This document shows, in pieces, positions 1-12,221 of a stretch of 64,000 nucleotides of DNA. The notes under the pieces were generated by a model. That model ran no database searches. It saw only the letters and a program-made list of their open reading frames with translations, and had not been told where the DNA came from. Each line of letters opens with the position of its first letter. Position 1 is the stretch's first letter. The translations under genes were made by a program, and so were the position numbers. Source of the DNA: Bilabrum cf. latius (taxonomy: Eukaryota); contig OZ237742.1 of the NCBI GenBank assembly GCA_965178125.1, positions 248,001-312,000 on the forward strand, written 5' to 3'.

Positions 1-2
1 CA

Positions 3-1667
3 CCGACAGCAGGAGGCGCACCAGGCCTGGATAATCAGCGTGGCACCATCGCCGGCTCGCAGGGCCCTCCCTGCCGAGTCGTGCTGGTGCATACCACTCG
101 CTCTTTGCTGGGCATCGCCAAGTCGATCGGCAAGTTCTCCGCTCCTGCGTGGTTTGGGGAGCCCCCGACACCTGACGAGTGGGCTCGTAGGCTCAGAGAG
201 CACAGGCAGAGCAAGCGAAAGGCACAGAAAGGAAAATCAAGGGAACAGGGGTCTGAAGTTGCGCGGCAATTCGGGCCAGGTGCAGAGTGCACCAGTGATG
301 AATCGGTAATCAGAGGCTTGGCCACGCAGTCCGTTGGCATCGGCGACTTTCTATTGTCGCTGGAGATGTGCCGGGCGAGCAGCTCCGTCCGGGTGCTAGC
401 CCGGAGGGGACCGAGACACGCCAAATGGGCGGCGCTCGGGCTGGCCGCGGCTTGCCTCGACCGCGAGTTGGGTGAGGTGCCGGGTCATGTACGCGAGGCA
501 GTCCACCAGTGGAGTGCCGCAGAATTCAGCCATGTTGAAGCCCTCGGAAGGTGGAAGCAGGGCAAAATTTTGGCTGCGAGTAGTAGGCTAGACGGGGCAG
601 GGGCAAAGCCACGGGCAGGGACAGCTGGGGGGACAGAGCAGGGCCAGGAGTCATCTGTCATGGGCAGGTCTGACGACGGCACAGTCTCGGTTGGTGGTCC
701 TGGCTGCATGCTGCGCGCTTGGATTGCGGTCAGCGAGTTCTGCGCTTTGGTAGGCGGTGGCGGCACTGTCGCAGACACTGGCTCAATGATCGAGCGGGTG
801 CGTCAAGAGGATGACGATGTTGGCTCAATCATGAGAGGTGTAGTGGAGTCGCGCGGTTTGACCAGTGGTGTTGCGAGCGCAAGTGACCGTCTGCAGGCCG
901 CCATGCCACTGATGGCTGCGATTGAGAGGGCGGTGTCTATGGTTACTGCACGGCTGCACGCCCTGATGCTCCAGCAGGAAGGCAGGCTGCTCGTCTATGC
1001 ACTGAGGCCGCCTTCGACTGGACCGCAGCACGCCCAGCCCCTGTCGCCATCACTGCTGCCGGTCTGCGAGCTGCTCGGAGGACATACCGGTGGCGGCCAG
1101 TTCCGCCTCGCGCCGATCAGGCCGATCAAGCCCTGGGAGGACACTGATAGCCCAAGCTCCAGCTCCAGCTCCAGCTCATCATCGTCTGCTGCGACCGGGG
1201 ACGGGGACATTTCTGATTCCGGATTGCTCACACCCGTGCTGCTTGAGGTCGACCACAGTACATTTGTGGCAGACCCTGCGCGGCTGTATGGGGTCGTGCG
1301 GCTCCTCTAGCAGCAATTGCAGCAGCAGCAGCAGCAGCAGCGCGGGGGTGTCCTATTGGGCTCGACCGTGCTGGACGCGCCTCTGCCCCCTCTCCCTCCC
1401 GAGGTGCGGCGGGCCTGCGAGGGCGTGCTGGCCTTCGGGAAAAGGCGCGGGATGACTAGGAGTCGGGCTGTCGGACCACTGTGCGATGCCGAGGGGTGTC
1501 ATCCCGCAGAGGGATCGGCTACTCGACCTCGACCTCGGTGCAGTCGTCCATCCCTGGTGTGGGCGGGCATCGTCTCTCGGCTGCCCGCCGTGATGGTGCT
1601 CGTGATGTGGGGCACCGTTTCTGGGTGCCATCATTGGAGCACTGGCAGGCAGGGTGGCGTCGGGTGA
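3..1667 (+). CDS. Hypothetical protein, 5'-partial, with a C-terminal hydrophobic (TM-like) segment; one in-frame TAG (1308)
   Basis: The frame is open from the window start. ORFs 81..1310 and 1317..1667 are in the same frame, joined by TAG at the head of a poly-Gln tract (CTC TAG CAG CAA TTG CAG CAG...). Ends TGA. Confidence 0.6.
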
Positions 1668-1844
1668 TGGCAGATCTCTCGGTGGCTGGTACGACCGCAT
1701 CATCGTCGTTGTGTTGCATTGCCACACACATGCATGTCGACCACCACGCACTCATCACAGCTTTTTGCGGAACCGCGCGGCGGCCCAGGATTCCGGAAGG
1801 ATCGGCCCGTCAGCTGGCCGTCACCTATCTATCAAGGAGCAAAC

Positions 1845-3100
1845 ATGGCTGCAAGTGGAGTTTCAGCTAAGGAGCTGTTCGAAACCGACCCTATTACACT
1901 CACGCGATGGCTACTTAGCGAGCAAGCTCGCCATAAGGGAGCTACGGGTGACTTCACACTCCTCATGCAGTCAATTCAGCTGGCAAGCAAGGTGAGACCA
2001 CAGCACATGTGTGGCGTCGCATTGCACCCGAATTAGCATACAGTATGGATCGTGTGCCTATAGTGGTGCGCTTGTGCGGGGGCGGCCGGATGGATGTGCC
2101 CCGCGTACAATCGAAGGTGCGACAACTCCCATCGACCAATCCTTCACCGTACGTGCCGCAGGTTGTCTCGACCGCAGTGCGCAAGGCAGGGATCGCTGGT
2201 TTGTTTGGCCTCGAGGGTGCCGTGAACGTTCAAGGAGAGGATCAGAAAAAGCTCGACATCATTGCGAACGAGAACTTCATCAACACGCTCAGATCGAGCA
2301 CGAAGGTGTGCCTCATGGTGTCAGAGGAGAACGACGATCCTGTTACTGTGGCCACGGACAAGTCTGGCAAGTACGTGTGCGTGTTCGACCCTCTGGACGG
2401 ATCGAGCAACATCGACTGCGGCGTGTCTGTCGGAAGCATCTTCGGCGTGTACGAGCGCAAGTCAGCGGTGGGGGAGTGCGCAACTGCGGCTGATGCCCTG
2501 CAGCCGGGCAGCGAGCTGCTCGCAGCTGGCTACACCATGTACGGTAGCTCCACGCAGCTCGTGCTGGCCATGAAGGGCGGCAAGGTCCAGATCTTCACGC
2601 TGGACCCGGCCATCGGCGAGTTCATCCACACGGGAACCGATGTTATGATCCCGGAGAAGCCCAAGCGCATCTACTCTGTCAACGAGGGCAATGAGTCGCT
2701 CTTCCCCGACGCGGTGCGCCGCTTCATCAGGCAGTGCAAGGCAGCGAGCCCCAAGCCCTACAGCCTCCGGTACGTGGGCAGCATGGTCTCGGACGTGCAC
2801 CGCACCCTCCTCTATGGAGGCATCTTCATGTACCCATCCACCAAGTCGGCGCCTGCGGGCAAGCTCAGGCTGCTGTACGAGTGCAACCCCATGTCGATGC
2901 TCATGGAGGCCGCGGGGGGGCGCGCCATCACGGCCCCCGGGCAGCGCATCCTCGACCTGGAGCCCGCCAAGATCCACGAGCGGGCGCCCATCTTCCTGGG
3001 CTGCAAGCGGGACGTGGACATCATCGAGGCGCTGTTGGCCGAGGACGAGGGCAAAGCAGGGGAGGGGGCGGGCGCTGCCACCGGCGGGGCTTCGTCGTGA
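1845..3100 (+). CDS. FBP: Fructose-1,6-bisphosphatase class I, cytosolic type; exons 1845-1991 and 2162-3100
   Basis: Motifs NVQGEDQKKLD, VSEE, FDPLDGSSNID, RYVGSMV, GKLRLLYE. GT..GCAG intron at 1992-2161. Ends TGA. Confidence 0.95.
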
Positions 3101-3512
3101 GGTGAGTGCCAAGCGTGCGCGCGGCTAGAAATTTTGGCATGCATGCATGGATGGATGCATGGCGACCCGGCATGCTCTCTTTAGAGGGTCGAGTAGCTGG
3201 CTGGGGCGCGCCGGAATGCAGTGAATGATCTCGCCCCCACTTTGGGGGCTCGAGAACTGCGCGGCTCCTCCCCCCGCTCGGGGATTCTGGCAGGGCTAGG
3301 CGGATGGATGGATGGGTGCAACGAGAGCGAATACGGACATTAACTGCAGTTGCTTCCGTTTTGATAATGCCCGATTCAATTCAATCCTTGATGACGTGGA
3401 CAATGCCTCCAACACCTTGCTGCGCATGCCCCACGCCCCCCCTTCCTCGGCGCCAGTGGGTTCCTCCAAGCTTCGCATGAGCTGAAAGCGGACCGGTGCG
3501 CGCAAGTGAGAA

Positions 3513-4514
3513 TCACATGGCCTTGACACCGAGGGCCACGCGGAATCCTTCAAACGCCATCATGGAGATGGTTGTGTGCGGGGCGATGCGCATCCAATTG
3601 GGGAAGAACCCCCTGTACAGGGCCATGGGCCCCTCCGCCCTGGTGATGCGCGCAGCTGCGTCCAGCAGGCCTCGGTACAGAGCGGGGGCCTCTTTCCCAG
3701 CTGCCTTGGCCTTGGCTACCTCAGCCTTCTAGTTCATGACACGGCTCTTAATAGTGTCCACAGGGGCGGTCACCACCGCCGTCACAAAGCCCGCGATGCC
3801 GCTAGCGGCGCAGTGGCACTGCCAGCCGTCCTGCATCCACCCGGCGTTGAGCAGGGCGTGCTTGGCGTGGTCGTACCCGGGCACCTAGCACGCCGTCAGC
3901 AATGCGGCCCGCTGCACGTTCGGTCCAACTCCCTGCCAAAGGGCAGATATGCCCCCTTCCTCCCTCACGATCCGCGAGGCGGTCGAAACGAAGCCGTCGT
4001 ACGACACCCCTCCTTGCGCCCGAATTTTTAGTAAATCGGTCGGGGTAGCGAGGGCGCTTCCAATGACCCCGCTCGCTGCACCAGCTGCTAGTTTGATATG
4101 CAATGGCGTGTGACGGCGATCCGTCTCGCCCAAGAGCCGCTTGAATGGCTCATACAGACCCAATCGGATTGAAGAGTCTGCAATTTTAGCAGATGGCAGG
4201 GTATGGTGGCAATGGGATCAATAGCACGATGGCTGATCAAACAGATCTTTCATTACGACAACATACTTACACGACATCTCCCTGGCCATGGCGGGGCCCA
4301 AGCCACTCCAGAGGCCCCGCACTCCTTCAGATTTTCCGATATGGACGAGGCCGGTCAACATGTTCGTATACGGTCGCTTGGCTGGGTCCAAGGCCCTATC
4401 AAGCTGCAACCTAACTTTAACTACATCAAGTGGATTGGTGCAGGATGCACCAATGGCGTTCGAAAGACCGGCTAAACCCAACCTTTCCCACAGCTAAAGC
4501 TCTCGCTGCGGCAT
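3513..4514 (-). CDS. Mitochondrial carrier (SLC25, UCP/dicarboxylate-like); intron 4178-4270; in-frame TAG at 4494, 3885, 3729
   Basis: Three carrier signatures: PLDVVKVRLQ, PTDLLKIRAQ, PVDTIKSRVMN*. Splicing gives REMSYSSIRLGLYEP. Ends TGA. Confidence 0.9.
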
Positions 4515-4737
4515 TATGATGAAGCAAGGCAAATACCTCCGACCGGGAGATACCAGGGACAGGCAGTTCGCTACCGAATTTCCCTTGCGAAACGCGCAAG
4601 GACTCGTATGCAGGCCTCTGGTTGTGTAGCATCCTATAGTCAGTCTGCGATCCCGGTTCGCTCGTCAGTCGCTCTCGGGTTGGCGTTGCCCGTGGCTCGA
4701 CCCGTCAGGAATCAGTGCACACATCCACACGCACCGA

Positions 4738-5916
4738 TCAAGTCCACGCCCACGGCCTCGTTGGGTCCTTTCGCCCAGCAGCGTGGTGCTGCAGCACTGC
4801 CAGCAGCTCCACCGCGGCCTCCTTGGGGCGGTACTCGTCGTCGAAGATGCACGGGTAGTTGTCCGACCCGAGATCCGTGTACCGGTCCGTGAACCCCCAC
4901 GTCACAAACGCGTTGCAACCCGGTCCCTTCCCGGGCTGGCTCGATTTCGCCGCAAGGCAGGCGCTCAGCATATCTCCGTACACCTTGGCCTGGGCCTCCC
5001 GGGCCTCCTTGCCGGCTGGCCCGGGGACGCACTCGGGGCACGAGAGGTCCATCTCCGTGATCTGGGTTGCCAGTCCGAGGTCTCGGATGGCGCGCATGTT
5101 GGCGAGCACTTGCTCCGGGGCGGGGAGCATCCCGAACTTGACGTGCATCTGCAGGCCTACCCCGTCGATGGGCACCCCCCTGGACAGCATGCCCTTGACG
5201 TAATCGAGCTACTTCTAGGCCTTGGTCGAGTTGAGCGCCTCCGCGTTGAAATCATTCACGAACAGTGCCAGCGAATCGGACTGTCTCGCGGCCGCTGCCG
5301 TCCGGAACGCAGTGTCCATGAAAGAAGGCAGCTTCGGGTACCACGTGCCGTTCTTCAGGTCTCCACCGTACGGAAAGCAGCCCCCAGGACCTCGCCCGCC
5401 ATCTTTCGTGCAAAACGGCTCATTGACGACGTCTGTGACGATGGGAAACGCCCCAGCACGGGCCACCATCTGCTCGACGTGGCTTCGAAGCAAGACATCG
5501 AGCACGGTGGCATTCTGCGGCCCGAGCCACTCTGGATTGTGCACACCCCAGCACAAATTGTGAAGCCGAAAACTTCCTCTCATGGCAGCGTTCACCCAGT
5601 GCTAGCTATCCAGACATTCCGTCACGTTCAGGGGTGCCGGAGGGGCCTGAGCCTGCGTGCTCTTCCACTTGCAACCGTTTCCCAGCGTTGTGATTGAGAA
5701 CTGCTGCTTCAGCAGATCTCCATATCCTGGATCGGAAGCATTGAATAAGTACTTGAAATTGTGGGATCCTCCGATCAACACACCAGCTCTCGCAGCCGCC
5801 GATCGCAGCGTCTCGTTTAGATCCACCCCGGACGCTGTGCTCAGCAACTCTGCACGGCTTGCACCAGCTGCCAAGAAATACAATGCAAAAAGTCTATGCA
5901 CCGAGTGGTTGGGCAT
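4738..5916 (-). CDS. Secreted GH10 glycoside hydrolase (endo-1,4-beta-xylanase-like); TAG at 5602, 5215, 5209
   Basis: Signal peptide-like N-terminus. Motifs HNLCW, DVVNEP (acid/base), NDFN, PIDGVGLQMH, QITEMD (nucleophile), TWGFTD. Three same-frame ORFs joined by TAG. Ends TGA. Confidence 0.9.
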
Positions 5917-6094
5917 GTTGCTTGGTCGCGAATGAAAAAAAGAAAGGTGCCGGAACGATAACTCGGATCGCCGGATCAACGACGTCATTTTGCTGCCCTA
6001 CTAGCGCGTCTCCAGTTGTGTCATTGACTTTCACCACCGTGAATCGCATCTTGTGCCTAGATTCTTACCTTTCGGATCGGAATTATCATTCATC

Positions 6095-8518
6095 ATGCGG
6101 GCAGTTGCTGCTGTGCTAGCGTGTGCGTCGGTAACATCTCAGATTGCCTGGGGGATCAGTCCTCAAAAGATCTTGCAGGGAATGTCGTTGGAAGACAAGA
6201 TCGGGCAGATGACGCAACTCGACATATCATACTTCAAGAGCTCGCAGCCTCTCTCGAAGGACAGCCCGCTGGGGCTGGACGCCAAGAAACTCGAGGACAC
6301 GTTCAATTAGTATCGGATAGGGTCCGTCATCAACACCCTGTACACTGGCGTCGATTTGTGCTCTAACGAGTTGGGCAACGCCACGAACGGGTGGACTGTG
6401 GAGCAGTGGCGCGCCATCGTTTCGCAAGTCCAGGCGGCGTCTAAGAAGTCGCAGAGTGGGACGTTTGTCCCCGTCCTCTACGGGCTGGACAGTGTCCACG
6501 GGGCTAACTACGTGCCGGGGAGTGCCATCTTCCCTCACAACACCGGGGTGGCGGCAACGTTTAACACCTAGTGCGCCGCTGCCGCTGGGCGCCGCGCCGC
6601 GGAAGACACGCGAGCCGCGGGCATCCCGTGGATGTTCAGCCCAGTCCTCGGCGTGGGCATCGACCCTCTCTGGAGCAGGCTGTACGAGACCTTCGGGGAG
6701 GACCCCCTGGTGGCCGCCTCGATGGGCGGGGCCTTTGTAGCGAGCGCGCAGCTCGGGGGCGTCAACGCCAGCGACTCGGTGGCCGCCACTGCCAAGCACC
6801 TGATGGGGTACAGCGCCCCCCGGTCGGGCAAGGACCGCACGGACGCGTGGATCCCGGAGCCCTACCTGCGGCAGTACTTTGTTCCCTCCTTCCAGGCCGC
6901 GTTCAACGCAGGCGCGCAGACGATCATGTGCAACTCGGGCTCCATCAACGGCATGCCCGTGCACGCCTCAAGGCCGATCCTCACGGAACTGGTCAGGAAG
7001 CAGATGGGCTTCGGGGACGGGCTGGCGGTCACGGACTGGCAGGACATCGAGAAGCTGCACTTTTACCACCACCTGGCCGCCACCAACGCTGAGGCGGTGC
7101 AGCTGGCCCTGGACGCGGGCATCGACATGTCCATGGTCCCGCTGGACCTGTCCTTCTTCACCACGCTGAGGGACCTGGTGCACAACGGGACCGTCCCCGA
7201 GTCGAGGCTGGACACGAGCGTGCTGCGCATCTTGCAGGCCAAGGCAGACATGGGCCTCTTTGAGAACCCAGTGGCGGCCCCTGCGGCACGGGACCACGTG
7301 CCCGGGAGCCCACAGGCCGAGTTCGAGGCGCTAGAGACGGCCCGCCAGAGCCTCACGCTCATCAAGAACGACCCCATCCCGGGGAACAGCTCCGGGCATG
7401 GGACGGTCCACGGGGCTGGCGATGAGGACGAGGCAGCCCTCGCGCAGCAGCCCGCTGCCCTCCCGCTCGATTGGCTGCCGGCGGGCGGCAAGGTGCTCGT
7501 GACGGGCCCAGCCGCAGCCTCGAGATCGGTCATGTGCGGCGGGTGGACGTTCCACTGGCTGGGCGCCTGTTCCAGCGACGTGGAGTTCAACGGGCGGGGG
7601 CACCTCGTGCACGAGGCGCTGCAGAGCTAGCTGCCGCACGCCGATGTCAGCTTCGTGCAGGGCGCGGGGTTCGACAAGCCCCTCAAGGGCGGGCTGGAGC
7701 AGGCCGCCGCGGCTGCCAAGGACAGTGACGTGGTCGTACTAGTGGTGGGCGAGCCGCCCGAGAGCGAGTCCGAAGGTGACGCAAACACCCTGCTGCTGTC
7801 CTAGCCTCAGATGGAGCTGTACGACGCCGTGGCTGCGGCCGGCAAGCCCATCGTCGTGGTGCTCCTCGAGCCGAGGCCCAGGGTGCTGGGCCGCGTGGCT
7901 GACGGAGCCTCTGCCATCCTCATGGCGTACCTGCCCTGTTACCACGGCGGGCAGGCCATCGCGGAGGCAATGGCTGGCGTGTTCTCGCCCTCTGGCCGGC
8001 TGCCGATCGAGTATCCCGCGACCACGGGCGACCTGGATGTGTACTACCGCAAGCCCACGTCGGACTACTCGTAGGGCACCTCGCAGCCCACGCACAGCCC
8101 GCTCGCTGGCTTCGGCCACGGGCTGACCTACGGCAACATCACGGTGGACTCACTCTCCCTGAGCTCTGCCGAGGTGGCGCCCACTGGTGTGGTGGACCTG
8201 TCTGTGCAGCTCACCAACAGGGGTGCCAGGGCGGCCAACTACACGATCCTAGTCTTCGGGACGCAGCTGTACCGATCACGGATCACGCCCGAGGTGGAAA
8301 TGCTGCGCAAGTTCCAGCAGACGGGCGAGATCAAGCCCGGCAAGTCGTTCGTGGCGCACGTCCAGGTCGAGGCCCAGTCCTTCGCCTACTGGGATTTCAA
8401 CGCGACCATGCGGGTGGACGCGGGCGAGATGGTCCTTCGCGTGGAAGACAAGGCCATCAGCATGCACATTACCGAGGGGGCCGTCGTCAAGCAGGGCACT
8501 CCCATCGGCATGGGCTGA
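6095..8518 (+). CDS. Secreted GH3 beta-glucosidase/xylosidase (~807 aa); TAG at 6308, 6569, 7628, 7802, 8072
   Basis: Signal peptide. Motifs MSLEDKIGQMTQ, YGLDSVHG, WSRLYETFGEDP, AKH, VTDWQDI, AGIDMSM, PSGRLP, FGHGLTY, and an FN3-like C-terminus. Ends TGA. Confidence 0.93.
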
Positions 8519-8763
8519 GGCGGCCAGGTGTGCCTTCGGGATGCCCACATTCATAGCGCGGTGTCTCGGATTAACGCTATGCAGGGTTGTTCTGCGTGGC
8601 TTGCACATATTTTCCCCAAAGTAGACTTCTGGATTCAGGGTTATCCGGATTCCGGATCCGTGCACAGTCCGGATCGACTTCTCGTCGGTGGCAGCAGACC
8701 GTGCGTAACGACCAAAAGCAAAGCACTCAAGTAGACATCAAGCCTCAGCACCCCCCGACGAGG

Positions 8764-11700
8764 TCACCTGCGCCCGCGTCCCCTGCCCCGTCCCCGACCC
8801 CGCTTGCCCCCGCCACGTCCCGGTGGTGCGCCCGATCCCGCCCCCCGAGCCTCCAGCATCGCCGTGGCCTCCTCGGCCTCCTGCATCCCTGCCTGCGACT
8901 CCAGCACCCGCACCGCAAGCTGGATCCTCGCCCGCAGTCGCTGCCGCATGGCCTCGGCCTCGGCGCTGCTGCCCGGGTGCATGACGTCCACGAACTTTCC
9001 GAACTTGCCTTGCAGGAACAGGATCAGCCCGTCCCTTGTTGACCCACGGTCCGCCCCGCTGCCAATCCTCTTCCACAGTGCCTTCTGCTCCGCCTCTGGG
9101 GTGTCCTCCAAGATGGTGCCGATGCACGTGCGTAGGAACAGGAGCGTGGTCTTTGTGGGCCGCAAGAAGTTGAACACCTTGAGGAAGGACAGGCCCAGCA
9201 CGAACCGCTGCACCAGGGCGGCGCTGAGCCGAGCCAGGTTGTAGATGCGCCTGGGCGGGGCCTCCCCGAACAGCTTGAACTGGTCCCACAGCGACAGCTA
9301 GAACGTGAAACGGAAGGATTGGTTGTCCTCGCAGAGCCTGGCTCCCACGGCCGCGTAGTAAGGATTGTACTGCTTCTCCTGCCCGCAGCAATCCAGCAGA
9401 ACTCGCACCACCTCCCGCTCCTGGGCCCCTCGCAGACCCAGGCTCCCCACCCTCTCGATTGCGTCCTGCACGCCCTGGCTGCCCATGACAGCCACGAAAA
9501 TCCTCCTTCTCAGGTCCGTGTTCATCCTCATCCTAGACGCTGCCTCCAGCAGAGCGGCATCCCCACCGGACCGACTCGATGCATCGGCAGCGGCCAGCGT
9601 GCTGCCCAGCTTGCTGCCGCTTGGCTTGTCGCTGCCGGGCCGACTCGATGCGGCCTCGCCTGCCGGCCGCTTTGCGTCCTGCTGGCCGTCAATGCCCGGC
9701 CGTCCCGCCCACGACGCGCCCGTAATCCACCATCTCCCACGCGACCGGATGTGCACGATATCCTCCCAGCGGATCCGGATCTGGCGGTCACCGACGCTGC
9801 CGTCGTCCGCCTGCGTACTTCGCCTGAGCTTGAAGATCCACTTGCGCAGCCTCGATCCCCTCTCCTCCGAGTCTGCCTGGTCTTGCTTCTGCTTGGCGCG
9901 ACGGAGCCCCCCCAGCAGCTCCAGCACCACCTGCACCCTGGCTCGCTCCCCACCCGAGGCGCGAGCAGCAGCACTTGCACCCGCGGCCTTGCCCTTGCCG
10001 ACCACGTAACCAAGTTCGGTGGCCCTTCGCTTCACCAGCTGCAGCAATTTTCGGACGCCCTCGTTATCGTCGGATCTCAGCTGAGAGCCCACCAGTTTGA
10101 GCAGCAGCAGCACTATCCTCACGTCTGCACCCCGGAGCCGGCACGCCAGCAGCCGCAGCACGTCCACGACAAACGCGGCCTGCACCATGCCCATCAGGAA
10201 CATGTATCCCAGCAGCATGGACAGGTTCTGCTGCTCGTTTGTAGTGAGGCCATCGCTGCCGTCCTCATCGTCGTCACTTCCTTCTTCTTCCTGGCTGGCA
10301 CCGCGTCCTCTGGCAGCCTTGCTAGCAGCCTCGCCGGCACCATCGCTCGCGAAACCAGACGCCGCCTGAGCCTCTGCCTCCTCCTCCGTGTCTGGCAGGT
10401 CCAGTGCCCGCCTCAGCTTTACAACCACCGCCTCCAGGAGCGCAGACCCGGCCCCCGCGCCAGCGTACACGTGCTGCGTGGCAAGCACCGCGGCATACAC
10501 GACGATGAGCTGCTCCCCGACCTTGGTGCCTGCACACAGCTGCTCGGTGACGCAGGCAGCCGTAGCGGTAGTCACCTCAGCGCTGGCATAGGGCCCCCTC
10601 AGCCCGTGCAGCTCCTTGGAAATCGGGTCCACGTTGGTCTCTGCAAGCCGGTTGATCAGTCCTTTGATTCGGCGCTTCATGGTGGCCATGCGAGCGTCGT
10701 CCTCGCTGCTCCGCGGGAGTCCACTCGAGGCAGGAGAAGATCTAGCGGCAGCTGATCCAGAGGTACTGGAAGCTGCAGCAGCTGCTGCCGCCGCTCTTCG
10801 GAGGTGTGGAGGCACGTACGCCCCAGGCGTCTAGCGAGGCGCAGCGCCTGGCTGCTCCGAACCTGCAGCCTGTCCACGGCTGGTGCCGGAATCTTCCTCG
10901 CTGTCGCTATCAGTGTCCCCGCTCGCCCCTCCGCCATACATGGCAGCTGCCATTGCGCGGCGCCGGGCAGCTGCCTTGCGGAACCTGTTCGCCTCGTCAT
11001 CATCATCGTCCTGGTCCTCGTCGTCATCACCATCGTCATCACCACTGCCGCTGCCACTGCCTGAAGAGGCGTCCGAGTCTGACCCCGCCTTTGCTCTCGC
11101 TCTATCCCCCACTGAGGTGCCTGTCTACTTCTCCCGCGCGCGGATCAGAGCCGCCAGCTTCGACCGGCTACCTTGCTGCCCGGCTGTCCCCTCCTCTTCC
11201 TCCCCCTCCCCCTCCTCCTCAACTTCCTCCTAGTCACTGCTCGAGTCTGATGAGTCACCGGTGCTGCTACTTGAGCTTGGATCTGAGCTCGAGTCGGATT
11301 CCCCTGCGCTTTCACTCCCACTGTCGCTGTCACTGTCACTCCCACTATCGCTGCTGTCGCTGTCGCTGTCGCTGCCGCTGTCCGTATCGCTATCGCTGTC
11401 GTTCCTCCGAGACGCGGACTTGCCCTCCTCCTCTCGGAGATGGCCAGACCCAATCCGATCCAGGTCCATCATGAGGTCCGCCAGCCCGGCCCCGTAGCCG
11501 TCCTTGCGCAGCTCCAGCTCCATCTGCTTCCATGCCTTGGTTCTCTTGCGCTTCGGGCCGGCTGCAGCGTCGCCGTCGGCCTCCTCGGGCGCTTCATCAA
11601 ACTCTCTAGCGGCTTCTTTGGTCTTGTTCCCCGAAACTCCAAGCAGTTTCTCCAGGCGCTCAATCTCAGCGTCCTCGGGGTCGCTGTCGTCTCCCTCTAG

Positions 11701-12099
11701 GAATGCAGCTCGATCATTTTGCGATGCGGCGCTGAAGCTGCTGGAACCGATTAGGTTCTGCTTTTTAAGAGACTTGTAAAAATCTGCATTCTTGCCCGAA
11801 GACAAGATGCTCTTCTTTGGCTTGCGTTGCTGCGCAAATCGAACTCGAGGCTGCTCCTGTGCTCTTTGGACCTGGGGCTGCGCATCCCGACTTTCGCGCG
11901 CCGTGCGGCGCTTTTTGGATGGTTGCTATCGTGGAATCGGTGCTCTCTTCTGCTTTTTGGCTTTCCGCTGCTGCTTGCGTAGTTCTCGCCTGCTCAACTT
12001 GCTGTTCCCAGCTGCCGAAGACATGCCTGGATGCATGGCACCCCAGTCGTCCCCATCCGCACCGCTCGCCTCAAGTTCTGCCCTAGATCTTTTAGGCAT
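8764..12099 (-). CDS. NOM1: Nucleolar MIF4G/MA3 domain protein NOM1/Sgd1 (~1,111 aa); TAG at 11926, 11230, 11125, 10831, 9298
   Basis: Motifs EIERLEKLLG, YVPPHLR, IKGLINRL, GRWWITGASW, RMNTDLRRRIFVAVM, CCGQEKQYNPYY, FTF*LSLWD. All segments share one frame. Ends TGA. Confidence 0.9.
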
Positions 12100-12221
12100 T
12101 CTAGATTTAGTGTACAAACGACTGCCCTTTCTCTGTCATGCAATCACAAAAAATGCAGGAAACAGTGACGAGTGCACCATCCGCCAACAGCAACTGCACC
12201 AACGGCTCCAGCAACGCTTCG

